A DNA stretch of 63,932 nt, filler included, from Nitrospinota bacterium (GTDB taxonomy: Bacteria; JAUXIQ01): the NCBI GenBank assembly GCA_030620925.1. It is 13 parts of 13 records of this genome, joined end to end, with 100 filler letters (N's around TTAATTAATTAA, not from the genome) between each part and the next. Parts side by side here need not be neighbours in the genome. Positions count along the whole stretch, not along the records: positions 18,035 to 22,401 come from JAUXIQ010000226.1; positions 22,502 to 25,841 come from JAUXIQ010000325.1; positions 25,942 to 32,835 come from JAUXIQ010000105.1; 10 more parts are not named here. One strand, 5' to 3'. Below, in pieces: positions 19,083 through 29,788 of the stretch (position 1 is the stretch's first letter; each line of letters starts with the position of its first letter). Both the position numbers and the translations under genes were made by a program. The notes under the pieces are model-generated. The model had not been told where the DNA came from. It worked only from the letters and a program-made list of their open reading frames with translations, and ran no database searches.

Positions 19083-19694
19083 ATGACAGAGAAACGTATC
19101 GAGCTGATGGTACCCGTGAGCCAGGCCAACGTCGAGGAATCGGCCATGGCCGATCGACCCGCTGGGATGGACGGCAAGGTGCTCGGCGTGCTGTGCAACC
19201 GTAAGCACAACGCCGACATACTCCTGTCGGGGCTGGTGGAACGGTTGAGCGGCAGGTACGACTTTTCCGAAACCGTCTACAGGGAGAAACAAGCCGCCTC
19301 GCCGACGCCGGAAAACACCCTGAACGAGCTGAAGGAGAAGTGTGATATTGTCCTGAACGCCATCGGCGACTGAGGATCGTGCACTTCGTGGAGTATCCAC
19401 GACGGGATCCTGCTGGAGAAAGAGGGTGTGTCCACGGCTTCCATCTGCACCGACGAGTTTGCGCCGCTGGGTCAGGCCGAGGCTGAAGCCCTGGGTATGT
19501 CTACGCTGCCCATAGTGGTAATACCGCATCCGTTGGCCGGCATCAAACCTGATGGAGTCGAGCGGAGGGTGGACGCGGTTCTGGATGAGGTGGTTTATGT
19601 TTTGACTACCGAGAGGCACAAATTGGCCGAGGAGTATAAAAGCAAATACCTGCGGGAGAAGAGACAGTTCAGGGCAAAATCCATTTTTGAATGA
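19083..19694 (+). CDS. UGSC-family selenoprotein (Sec97 encoded by TGA 19371-19373)
   Basis: ORFs 19083-19373 and 19428-19694 are in one frame; read-through gives AIGD-U-GSCTSWSIHDGILLEKEGV; SECIS-like hairpin follows. Confidence 0.9.
19373..19411 (+). promoter_or_regulatory. Bacterial SECIS-like hairpin
   Basis: Apical stem TCGTGGA/TCCACGA (19386-92/19396-402), GTA loop 19 nt after the UGA; lower stem AGGATC/GATCCT. Confidence 0.8.
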
Positions 19695-19707
19695 CGGGAG
19701 CGGAGAC

Positions 19708-20076
19708 ATGGAAGATAGCCGTGAAGACAGAGCGGAAAAATTGATCGCCAAAATGAAAGAGGCCAGGGGGTACATATACCCTCAGTGGGAGTTTATGGCC
19801 AGGCAGGACCCCGACTTCGCCGAACTCTACCAGCAGCTCTACGAGCGATGCTTCGGGGAAGGGGAGAACCTCCCCGCCAAATACAGGGAATTGGGGCCCA
19901 TAGCGCTTCTGGCTTACAAGGGGCACGTGGACGCCGTCTTCGAGCACATGAAACGCGCCATCCGGCTGGGGGCCACCAAGGGAGAGCTTTTCGATGCGGT
20001 CATAACCCTCCTCACACCCGGAGGCGCGCCCACCATGCACGCCGGGATGGCCGCCCTCATGAAACTCGAGGAGTAA
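19708..20076 (+). CDS. Carboxymuconolactone decarboxylase/AhpD-like protein
   Basis: LPAKYREL, HMKRAIRLGATKGEL; no CxxC motif. Confidence 0.8.
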   Translation: MEDSREDRAEKLIAKMKEARGYIYPQWEFMARQDPDFAELYQQLYERCFGEGENLPAKYRELGPIALLAYKGHVDAVFEHMKRAIRLGATKGELFDAVITLLTPGGAPTMHAGMAALMKLEE

Positions 20077-20191
20077 AGCGGCGATTAATGAGGGGTGAGG
20101 ATAAAGAAAATCGACCCCGCTGGCAATTTCAATTGCGGGGTGGCATAATAATATTGAAAGATAAATTCAATAGTACCTCCGGGAGGGTTGA

Positions 20192-20668
20192 ATGAGAGTT
20201 AAGCTTGGCGTTGTCTTATGGGCGGTTGTGGTTTCCCTTTTCGCCTTCTCAACCATCGGGGAGGCCAGAGAGCTTACCTGGCAGGAGGTTGCATTGGAAC
20301 TGATGAGTCCGGCTTGCCCCGGGAGAACGGTATTGGATTGTCCCAGCGGCGAGGGAAATCAGCTAAGGACGCTCGTCAAACAGAAGGTGGCTGAAGGCTG
20401 GACCAAGAAACAGATAATAGATTATTTCGTTAGTATTTACGGTGAGGAATACCGGGCTTCACCGCCCGCAAAAGGCTTCTACCTGCTGGCATGGATAGTG
20501 CCCTTTATGGCGATAGGTGTGGGGGCGGTGGTAGTGCTCCTGGTTATGCGTGTGTGGAGAAAAAAAGGAAAAATAGCAGACGAGACCGAATCGGAGGGTA
20601 TTCCCGAGGAGAATATAAGCGCTCTCTCGGAAAAATTGGATGAAGAGCTCAAGAAGTTCGATTACTGA
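20192..20668 (+). CDS. ccmH: Cytochrome c biogenesis protein CcmH
   Basis: Signal peptide, LMSPACPG...DC, YFV..YGE, LAWIVP transmembrane helix. Confidence 0.8.
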   Translation: MRVKLGVVLWAVVVSLFAFSTIGEARELTWQEVALELMSPACPGRTVLDCPSGEGNQLRTLVKQKVAEGWTKKQIIDYFVSIYGEEYRASPPAKGFYLLAWIVPFMAIGVGAVVVLLVMRVWRKKGKIADETESEGIPEENISALSEKLDEELKKFDY

Positions 20669-20687
20669 GAAGAGCGGAGGAGCGGTT

Positions 20688-21014
20688 TCAGGTCTTCGCT
20701 CGTTTCTTTATTTCTTCTATCTTCCCTTCCTTCTCATCCTCGAGGGATTTTTTCTCTTCATTGAACTTCTCCGTGAGGGCGGCGGCCATCAGCTCGGCTT
20801 CCGGGGGAGGATATGATAGAGGGAGCTTACCCACCTCAGCTTTCAGCATGATGTCTTTCTCTGCTATCTTTGCCTGGTACTCCTTCTCTATTTCTTCTAT
20901 CTCTTTTCTCATCTCCTCCGTGAGGGGGACCTGCTCGGCCCTGGCCTGCTTCCCCAGGAGCTCGGTTTTCTCCAGTGCCAATTCGACAGCGCTTTTTATT
21001 TTCTCTTCGTTCAT
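20688..21014 (-). CDS. Coiled-coil hypothetical protein
   Basis: IKSAVELALEK N-terminus, E/K-rich, GAGGAAGG RBS. Confidence 0.6.
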   Translation of the reverse strand: MNEEKIKSAVELALEKTELLGKQARAEQVPLTEEMRKEIEEIEKEYQAKIAEKDIMLKAEVGKLPLSYPPPEAELMAAALTEKFNEEKKSLEDEKEGKIEEIKKRAKT

Positions 21015-21213
21015 CGTGCCCTTCCTCGTATTATAAGGAGATTTTATGTGCCGCACCCTGAACCTGCCTTCCAACAGATAATATACCAGAATTGAGGATC
21101 ATTTCATCACATTTTTCGCGCTTCCTTCCCCCGGCCCCTTGTAAGTGTTATAATCTTTGGGGAAAAGATGGATATACAGTCGATACTTAACCCGAACTCT
21201 GCGGAATTTTTTC

Positions 21214-22185
21214 ATGGATGAGGAAAGGACCAGAAAACTCAAAGAGGTGACGGAGCGGACGGGGAGGGTCGTCCCGGAGATGGTCGCCATCAGGCCGCCC
21301 AGCGAGGCGAAGAGCCTCCTGATACGCGCCACCAGAGGCTGCTCATGGAAAAGGTGCGTATACTGTTCGGCATACATGGGCGGCGATTTCAGCGTCCGCA
21401 CGGTCGATGAGATAAAGGCGGACGTCGAGCTCTCGCTTCTCTATTACGGCCCGGACGCGCAAAGCATCTTCCTGGGCGACGGGGACGCGCTGGAGCTGGG
21501 TATAGACCCCCTCATTGAAGTACTCCGGTTTATCCATTCATGTTTCCCGCGGCTCGAGCGTGTCACCAGTTATTCCACCCCCCTTACTCTGAACCATACT
21601 CCTGCCGCTGATCTGAAACGGATAAAGGAGGCGGGGCTTTCCAGGTTGCACGTGGGGATGGAGTCGGGCGATGACGAAGTTCTCCACCTCATGCAGAAAG
21701 GCGTTGGTGGGGAAGCCCAGGTGGAAGCGGGACGCAGAGTGATGGAGTCGGGCATGGAGCTTTCGGAATACATCATGCTGGGTCTCGGCGGGGAGGAGCG
21801 GTGGGAGCAGCACATTGAGAACAGCGCCAGAGTTCTGAACGCCATCAACCCCCACTTCTTGAGGGTGCGCACGCTGGCTTACGCCCAGGGCGCTCCCACC
21901 TTCGAAGAGTTCGACGTGCGGGGAGGGAAGTTGAAGCTGAAACTGTTTCCCGAGGGTTACGCTCAATTGCAGACCCCGGAGGGCATCTTGCTGGAGCTGA
22001 GGACGCTGCTGAAAAAGCTGGAGGTTTCAACCGTTGTGACCAGCGACCACAGCTCAAACTACTTCCCGGAGGTGAGAGGGAAACTGCCGGAGGACAGGGA
22101 GGCCATGCTCTCCGTCCTGGATGAATATGAGAAAGGGATGGCCGACGGCACGATCAAGCTGCCCCGGGTGAAGCTGTTTACCTGA
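21214..22185 (+). CDS. Radical SAM protein
   Basis: RPPSEA.SLL, CSWKRCVYC, FLGDGD, GMESG, SDH.SN. Confidence 0.9.
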   Translation: MDEERTRKLKEVTERTGRVVPEMVAIRPPSEAKSLLIRATRGCSWKRCVYCSAYMGGDFSVRTVDEIKADVELSLLYYGPDAQSIFLGDGDALELGIDPLIEVLRFIHSCFPRLERVTSYSTPLTLNHTPAADLKRIKEAGLSRLHVGMESGDDEVLHLMQKGVGGEAQVEAGRRVMESGMELSEYIMLGLGGEERWEQHIENSARVLNAINPHFLRVRTLAYAQGAPTFEEFDVRGGKLKLKLFPEGYAQLQTPEGILLELRTLLKKLEVSTVVTSDHSSNYFPEVRGKLPEDREAMLSVLDEYEKGMADGTIKLPRVKLFT

Positions 22186-22501
22186 TATTAATGACAAAGA
22201 TGGAATAAAAGTTTTGAGGGAACCTTTTTCAGAAAACCCCAGCCTTACCCCACCTCAAACTACTCCGAAAATAGAATATATCTCCAATCGCGCCGGGTAG
22301 GCGCACCAAAGAGTTTATTGGAGTGGCATACCGCGGGGTGGGGGGGTTATCACAAACGGTGGAGCGCCGTACAGGCGCCAATTTAATTAGGGTAACAACC
22401 CNNNNNNNNNNNNNNNNNNNNNNNNNNNNNNNNNNNNNNNNNNNNTTAATTAATTAANNNNNNNNNNNNNNNNNNNNNNNNNNNNNNNNNNNNNNNNNNN
22501 N

Positions 22502-25500
22502 CCTCGTTCCTGGCCTGGAACTCCTGCTTGGCCACATGCTCATGAACCATGAAGTCGGTATCTCCGGGGTCATCCACGCTGACCCTGCGCATCATCTGCC
22601 GAACCACCGTTTCGATATGTTTGTCGTTTATGTGTACTCCCTGCAGCCGGTAGACTTCCTGGACTTCGTTCACCAGATAGCTCTGCAACGCCTCCTCGCC
22701 GAGCACGTGGAGGATGTCATGGGGGTTGGGGGCGCCTTCTATGAGCGGTTCTCCCGCTTTCATCCTGTCGCCGTCCCGCACGGTAATGTGTTTCCCCCTG
22801 GGCATACCGTAAGACTTGTATATACCGTCATTTCCTATAATTTCTATCTTTTCCGACTCGACCGCCCGCACCATCTCTTTCACCTGCACCTCATCCTTCG
22901 ATTTGACGTTCTCCCGGGGCACTCTGACCAGCACGTCCCCGGCCGATACAGTCTGCTTATCGTTCACCAGTATATGAGCACCGACGGGGAGCGTGCATAT
23001 ACCTACGGTTTTTTTGTTTGTTTCATCGCTAATAACCAATGCCGGCAATTTCTGAGAGCGGACGATTTCCTCAACTTTATCAAGACTATTCTTTTCAAAA
23101 AAATCGACTGCTGGAAAAGACACATCGCTGGGGTAACCGGTCACAACCTTTCTCTGCAAACCCGTCTGCTTATCGAGCTCATCCTTTATGTTCGCTCCTT
23201 TCAGGTTGAGCAGGGATACTTTCCCCTTCTTTCCCGTATAAACGGTTACGTTCAGGGGCTCCCATATGCGCACCACGCCGTCGATCTCCGAGATTATGGC
23301 CTGCTCCTTCGGTTTGCGAGCCTCGAACAACTCGGCCACCCTGGGGAGACCTCCGGTGATGTCCTTTGTCTTAGCCGTCTCGCGCGGTATCCTGGCTATG
23401 ACGTCCCCCTTGGAAAGCGGTTTCTCTTCGTTCACCATAAGGTAGGCGCCGGCGGGTATCAGGTATCTCCCGATGGTCTTTTTGGTCTCCGCATCGGTTA
23501 TGGCCACCGCCGGCTGCAATTTATCATCAGGAGACTCCACGATGACTCTCCTGGAGAGCCCGGTATGCTCGTCGAGCTCTTCCCTCATGGTCACCCCTTC
23601 CACTATGCCGGAAAAAGCCACAATTCCTTCCTCTTCGGTGAGGATGGACATGGTAAAGGGGTCCCATTCCACGAGTTTGTCGCCGCTGTTGACGTTCTGC
23701 CCATCCTTTACCAGGAGGCGTGCTCCATAGACTACGGGATAGCGCTCCTTTTCACGTCCCTCTTCATCCTGGATGGCCAGAGCGCCGTTCCTGTTCATGA
23801 CCACTATCCGTTCATCTTTTGTCTTAACTATACGCAGGTTGTGATAGCGAACGGTGCCCGGGTTCTTGGCCTCATGGGCGGTCTGTTCTCCCACCCTGCT
23901 GGCCGTCCCTCCGATATGGAAGGTTCTCATGGTGAGCTGTGTGCCGGGCTCTCCGATGGACTGGGCGGCGATTATGCCCACCGCTTCCCCTATTTCCACC
24001 GGGCCGCCGGTGGCCATGTTGCGCCCGTAACAGGTGCCGCAAACGCCGACTTTCGCCTCGCAGGTGAGCACCGACCTCACTTTGACCTTCTCCACACCGG
24101 CGTCTTCTACAAGCTCAACCTTTTTCTCGTCGATCTCTTCATTCGCTTTGACCAGTTTCTTACCCGAGAAGGGATCGAGCACGCTCTCCGAAGCGACGCG
24201 GCCCAGGATTCTATCCCCCAGGGGTTCCACTATTTCGCCGCTTTCCACCAGCTCTCTGACTGTAATGCCTTTTGTCGTCTGGCAGTCGATTTCGGTTACT
24301 ATGATATCCTGGGTCACATCTATGAGACGCCTGGTCAGATAACCGGAATTGGCGGTTTTCAGGGCGGTATCCGCCAAGCCTTTCCTGGCCCCGTGGGTTG
24401 AAATAAAATATTGCATCACGGTGAGCCCTTCCCGGAAGTTGGCGGTGATCGGTGTCTCCATGATCTCTCCCGAAGGCTTGGCCATGAGTCCCCGCATGCC
24501 TGCCAGTTGTCGTATCTGCTGAGACCCTCCCCTGGCTCCGGAATCCGCCATGGTGAATACGGAGTTGAAGTCTTGATTCTTATCAGCCAGACCTTTCTGT
24601 ATCAGCTCGTCCTCTGTGTCCAACTCACTGAACATCTCCTTGGAGACCTGTTCAGTAACGGTGGCCCAGACATCTATTATCTTGTTGTAGCGCTCGCCGT
24701 CGGTGATCAAGCCTTCTCGATACTGCTTGGTTACCGCGATGACCTCCTGGCGGGCTTTTTCCACCAGAGCCTCTTTACTCTTAGGTATTTTCATGTCGTC
24801 TACGGATATGGATATCCCGGCGTACGTGGCATATTTGAAACCCAGTTCTTTAAGCTTTTCGAGAAGGACTACTGTAGCGTCCCTTCCGAAGTCGAGGTAG
24901 CACTGCGAAACCAGTGAGCCAACGCTGTCCTTATCCATCAGCTTGTCAATAACCTGGAATGGTAGACCAGCAGGGATAACGTTGTACAACAATACTCTCC
25001 CCACAGTGGTGGTGATCAATTCACCTTTTATCCTCACTTTAATCCTTGCCTGAAGGCCCACTGCACCCAGGTCGTGAGCGAGGATAACCTCGTCTATGTT
25101 GGAAAAAACCTTATCCTCTCCCTTGGAACCGCCGCGCACCTTGGTCAGGTAATAGAGGCCCAGCACGATATCCTGGCTGGGCACCGCCAGCGGCTTGCCG
25201 TTGGCGGGGGAAAGGATGTTATTGGTGGACATCATTAAAAGCTTGGCTTCTATTTGAGCTTCGACTGAGAGAGGCACGTGAACGGCCATCTGGTCTCCGT
25301 CGAAATCTGCATTGAATGCGGAACAGACCAGGGGATGGATGCGGATTGCTTTCCCCTCCACAAGGACGGGTTGGAAAGCCTGAATGCCTAGCCTGTGAAG
25401 CGTGGGGGCTCTGTTGAGGAGGACGGGATGATCATTTATAACCTCGTCCAGGGCATCCCAAACTTCGGGCTTCTCCTGTTCCACCATCTTTTTGGCGCTC

Positions 25501-25841
25501 TTAAGCGTGGTCGCGTGTCCTTTATGCTCCAGCTTATGGTAAATGAACGGTTTGAACAGCTCAAGGGCCATCTTCTTGGGCAGACCGCACTGGTGGAATT
25601 TCAACTCGGGGTCCACCACTATAACTGAACGGCCGGAGTAATCGACTCTCTTGCCGAGCAGGTTCTGCCTGAACCTTCCCTGCTTGCCTTTAAGCATATC
25701 GCTGAGCGATTTGAGCGGTCTCTTGTTGGGTCCGCGAATGACGCGGCCCCGGCGGCCGTTATCAAAAAGAGCGTCCACCGCCTCTTGCAGCATCCGTTTC
25801 TCGTTGCGTACGATTATATCCGGCGCCCTCAGCTCCTGGAG
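22502..25841 (-). CDS. rpoC: DNA-directed RNA polymerase beta' subunit (internal fragment)
   Basis: [38 protein letters not shown]. Confidence 0.99.
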
Positions 25842-25998
25842 NNNNNNNNNNNNNNNNNNNNNNNNNNNNNNNNNNNNNNNNNNNNTTAATTAATTAANNN
25901 NNNNNNNNNNNNNNNNNNNNNNNNNNNNNNNNNNNNNNNNNCAGCACACTTGAAACCATTCCAGTCAGCTGTATTTAAGGTGTTTTTTCCGGCGTTAA

Positions 25999-26361
25999 AT
26001 GGAAACGGAGATAGCGTTAATGGAAGGTAATAGGAGGCGATTCTTCAGGATAAAATATGGAGACAGGTTCAGGCCTATATTAGAAGCCAGGGTGAAGGAA
26101 GGTGAAGCTGAGCTCGAGTGGAAGGAATATAAAGTAATTGATATCAGTGAAAGAGGAATGAGATTTTCAGGAGAAGAAGTGAGCGAATTTCGACTGAAAT
26201 CAAAAATGGAAGCAGAAGTAACCTTTTCTGATGGTGAAACGTTTCATACAGAAGGAGAAGTATTGAGGATTACAGGCACTCAGGTAGCCATAGGTTTTTC
26301 CGAGGGCGTTCCTTTTTCAAGAATTATTAACGAGTTGAAACTGAATTTACGCAAGTTTTGA
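25999..26361 (+). CDS. PilZ domain protein
   Basis: RRRFFR and DISERG c-di-GMP-binding motifs. Confidence 0.85.
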   Translation: METEIALMEGNRRRFFRIKYGDRFRPILEARVKEGEAELEWKEYKVIDISERGMRFSGEEVSEFRLKSKMEAEVTFSDGETFHTEGEVLRITGTQVAIGFSEGVPFSRIINELKLNLRKF

Positions 26362-26785
26362 TTTTCTTTGAGAAGGTTCGATACAGCTATTTCTGATCAC
26401 TCATAATCTTGCCCGCCCGCCGGTACTATTTTCTGCCAGAAGGTTTAGACGATTCTATCGCAGTAACAAATTTATTACTCCGCCAACCCTGCTTTGATAA
26501 TCTTTTCTTCCACCACAGCGATTAATCGCTGTACTTCCGGCCGTCATCGGGGATTTACAAAGAGCAAATATTCCATATAAATAATTAAGTAGTTTAAAAT
26601 AATGGTTAAGATTTCGACAATTTTTTACGAACTATAGGGAGAAAGGATTAATTTAGGGCCTAAATTCAATAGATTAAACTCAAACCGAGGTTCTGAAAAA
26701 GAGCGTAAATTTTTTTTCATATATGCAATAACCATGCTTGGGCGCATGAGCTCGGGCGGCACAGACAAGAGCGGGAACAAGCAAA

Positions 26786-27082
26786 ATGATTAAAAAAGAC
26801 ATCGTAAACAAGGTAGCCGGCATGATGAACCTCTCTTTAAGCGAAGCCGAGGAGGTTGTAGAGTCCGTCTTCACGGTGGTGAAAAACGCCCTGGTCTCCG
26901 GCGAGAAAGTCGGTTTACACGGTTTCGGCAACTTCCGTGTAGTCAAAAAAAACTCACGTCCGGGCAGGAACCCGAAGACGGGCGAGGAGATCATGATTGC
27001 CGCCAGGAAGGTGATCACTTTCAAGGCCAGTGACAAGCTTAAACAGGCGGTAAACCATCTACCACCTGAGCAGGATGAATAA
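26786..27082 (+). CDS. HU/IHF DNA-binding protein
   Basis: GFGNF, RPGRNPKTGE, FKAS..LK. Confidence 0.95.
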   Translation: MIKKDIVNKVAGMMNLSLSEAEEVVESVFTVVKNALVSGEKVGLHGFGNFRVVKKNSRPGRNPKTGEEIMIAARKVITFKASDKLKQAVNHLPPEQDE

Positions 27083-27160
27083 TTATTTCTTTTATCACCT
27101 GTTTTGACACCCCCTACCCTCTTATTGATACCCATGCTTTTTCAGGGAAGGTAGAATGTC

Positions 27161-27415
27161 GTGGAATGGGAAGAACTAAAAGCATTTTTTGAGAAGCACC
27201 CCCACCTTAAAGAAAAGAAGTCGGGGCTACATAAATTTTTGCTGGACCCCTACCTGCGAGAAAAGTATCAGGTCAGCCTGGACGAGGCTGAATACCTGGC
27301 CGGGGTTGAGGTTAAAGAACAAGAAAACGCCAGCTCCTTCGCCTGGGCGCGAGAGCTGGTACGTTATCGGAGAAAAAGAGGACTAAACATTTCACCTGCT
27401 AAGTCGTCTTACTAA
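27161..27415 (+). CDS. Hypothetical protein
   Basis: 84-aa ORF with GGAAGG RBS; no recognisable motif. Confidence 0.5.
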   Translation: MEWEELKAFFEKHPHLKEKKSGLHKFLLDPYLREKYQVSLDEAEYLAGVEVKEQENASSFAWARELVRYRRKRGLNISPAKSSY

Positions 27416-27600
27416 TACTTCTTCCCGCCATAGCTTTCCCTGCTACCCGGACAACCCTGCGCCCGGCACGACAGGAGAGCATCACTATTTAAACGGTCCA
27501 ACCCATAAAGCCTGCCTAAATATATGTCGATAATAAATACGAGTCATGTCAGTGGGGGAAATACTAATTAACGGATTTATGAGCGACAAAGGAGCAGGTC

Positions 27601-28116
27601 ATGGAAATGAACAACTCTAATAACAGCAGGAAGACACTATCAAAAGCTTTCTATTTAATCTCATTCATCGCAGCTTCCGGTTTATTGCTGGCCCTATCAA
27701 TTATGCAAAAGACCGATGGTGCTGGTATTGTAAATATTTTTCTTCCAGCCCTCTACTTGATCATCGTATTTTGCATATTTCTTTACAAGGTATGGTCAGC
27801 GATTCAAGACGGCAAGGCGCGAACCACACCCGGTAAAGCCGTTGGGTTCCTGTTTATCCCAATTTATAACATCTATTGGATGTTTCAAGCCATTTTGGGA
27901 TTTGCGAAGGACTATAACGCATACATCGAACGGCACGGAATCAGGGCCCCCAAACTTTCCGAGGGATTGTTCCTGGCTCTCTGCATTTTTAATCTCGTGG
28001 AAGGTGCTGCTCAAAGCATGCCCGTTGCAATTGGAATCTCTGTTTTGATCGTCACATTCATTCTCGGGTTAATGACCATCAACAGTGCCTGCAACGCGGT
28101 CAATAGATTACCATAA
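27601..28116 (+). CDS. Membrane protein (DUF4328-like)
   Basis: PGKAVGFLFIPIYNIYW motif, four TM segments; lower GC than its neighbours. Confidence 0.65.
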   Translation: MEMNNSNNSRKTLSKAFYLISFIAASGLLLALSIMQKTDGAGIVNIFLPALYLIIVFCIFLYKVWSAIQDGKARTTPGKAVGFLFIPIYNIYWMFQAILGFAKDYNAYIERHGIRAPKLSEGLFLALCIFNLVEGAAQSMPVAIGISVLIVTFILGLMTINSACNAVNRLP

Positions 28117-28171
28117 TTTCTTTGTGCCGTAACACAGGTATTTACGGCCATTTATAAGGGACAGGGCCGCT

Positions 28172-29449
28172 TCAAAGGCTCCCCATGAGCCTTTCGTATT
28201 CTTCCCTTATCTGATCCCTGAAATCGGGGGGGGCTATTTTAAGGAGAGAGTGAGCGCGTTCCTTGAGCGTCTTGCCGCGAAGGTCGGCGTGCCCGTATTC
28301 AGTCACCACGAACTGAACGTCGTGCCGGGGGGTGGTGATGGTGGTGCCCTGCCTGGGTGCGGCGACGATTCGGGAGTGCTTACCGTTGGGTGAAGTGGAG
28401 GTCATAGCGGTGATGGCCATGCCCCCGGGTGAATGCTCGGCGGCGCGGACGAAATCCAGTTGCCCCCCCACGCCGGAAATCTGCTGCGTACCAATCGACT
28501 CGGCGTTTATCTGCCCCCGAAGGTCCACCTCTATGGCCGAGTTGATTCCCACAAAGTCAGGTATTTGCCCCAGTACGTCTATGTTATGCGTGCGCTCCAC
28601 GGAGTCCACCAATATCCTGGGGTTATTGTCCGCATAACGGTAGAGGACCTGGGTGCCCATCAAGCCGGCGGTGATGGAGACCCCGTGGTCGAAGGGTTTG
28701 CGGGTGTTGGTGACCACCCCTCTTTCTATCAGGTCTATGATGCCGTCGGTCAGCATGCCGGAGTGGATTCCGATCTCCTTCTTATCCACCAGGAAGCGCT
28801 GTATCATGTCCGGAACGGCCCCCAGGCCGAGTTGGAGGCATGCCCCGTCGGGTACGAGGTCGGCCACGTTCTCGGCCACCTTCTTCTCCACCTCACCTAT
28901 CTCGCCGGTGGGCATCTCCAGAAGCTGCTTAGTGACTTCTGCGGCGAGTTCTATCTCCGATTCGTGGATGAGGGTCGGCTCCCCGGTGCGGGGAACATTT
29001 TCGTTTATCTGGGCAATGACTGTCTTCGCCACCCGGGCGACGATAAGAGCTATCCCCAAAGAGATGCCGGTGCTCATGTACCCCCTTTCGTCCGGGGGAC
29101 TTAGCTGAAGCACGGCCGTATCTACAGTGATGATGCCTTCCCTGAACAGCTTGGGCATAAAGGATATGTTCGAGGGGATATACTCCGCACGGCCCTCCCG
29201 CAGCGCTTCCCTTGATGGGGGGCTGCCCAGGAAGGTGAGCAGCTTGAAGCTGCCGTCCATCTCAGGTTCGAGGTACTTGCATCGGCTGGGGTGGTGCAGG
29301 CCGTTGATAATCTTCACATCCCGCAGTTCATCTTTACGGGCCACGAGCGCATCCACCAGTGCCACAGGCTCGTTGCAGGCGTGGCTCACAAACACCGTCT
29401 GGCCCGATTTTATCACCGAAACCGCTTCTTCCGGAGAAACGATTTTCAT
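28172..29449 (-). CDS. 4-hydroxybutyrate CoA-transferase / acetyl-CoA hydrolase family
   Basis: LQLGLG.VP, HSGM, INSAIEVDL.GQ, SGVGGQLDF, VTEYG.ADL.GK. Confidence 0.92.
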   Translation of the reverse strand: MKIVSPEEAVSVIKSGQTVFVSHACNEPVALVDALVARKDELRDVKIINGLHHPSRCKYLEPEMDGSFKLLTFLGSPPSREALREGRAEYIPSNISFMPKLFREGIITVDTAVLQLSPPDERGYMSTGISLGIALIVARVAKTVIAQINENVPRTGEPTLIHESEIELAAEVTKQLLEMPTGEIGEVEKKVAENVADLVPDGACLQLGLGAVPDMIQRFLVDKKEIGIHSGMLTDGIIDLIERGVVTNTRKPFDHGVSITAGLMGTQVLYRYADNNPRILVDSVERTHNIDVLGQIPDFVGINSAIEVDLRGQINAESIGTQQISGVGGQLDFVRAAEHSPGGMAITAMTSTSPNGKHSRIVAAPRQGTTITTPRHDVQFVVTEYGHADLRGKTLKERAHSLLKIAPPDFRDQIREEYERLMGSL

Positions 29450-29690
29450 ATCCTCAAATCCTCTTTTTTTGGTGGGGATTTCGATCAATCCTGAACTATA
29501 GCATAACTCGACGTCATCTCAAAAATAAAGAAGAGAGTATGACATTCACAAAAGTTTTGGAAGGGAGTCTGAGGGCCCCGCCGCAGGCGGGACTCAGAAT
29601 GACAATTGAGGCGTTTCAGCGGCAGTTCGATCACTGTATCATTAAGAGAAGCGGGATTTCTATCAAAGCGGTTCTCTCAGTCGAAGGATA

Positions 29691-29719
29691 TTGACACAAT
29701 TAGATTCAATCTGTAACAT
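29691..29719 (+). promoter_or_regulatory. Putative sigma70 promoter
   Basis: TTGACA-N17-TAACAT upstream of the B12-binding subunit gene. Confidence 0.55.
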
Positions 29720-29788
29720 AATCATCACCGATAGCTTTTCAGGATTCGAATTCAATGCCGTGCTGCATAAAACCAACCGGGAGGAATA

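Noticed and set aside
22240-22350. Long imperfect inverted repeat as a structured ncRNA
   Set aside because: Pairing is loose, it sits beside an intergenic repeat at a contig end, and it matches no RNA family I recognise
22536-24401. Long antisense ORFs (621 aa opposite rpoC; also 2848-3996, 52649-53785 and 59827-60852)
   Set aside because: Shadow ORFs from codon bias on the strand opposite well-conserved genes; no motifs
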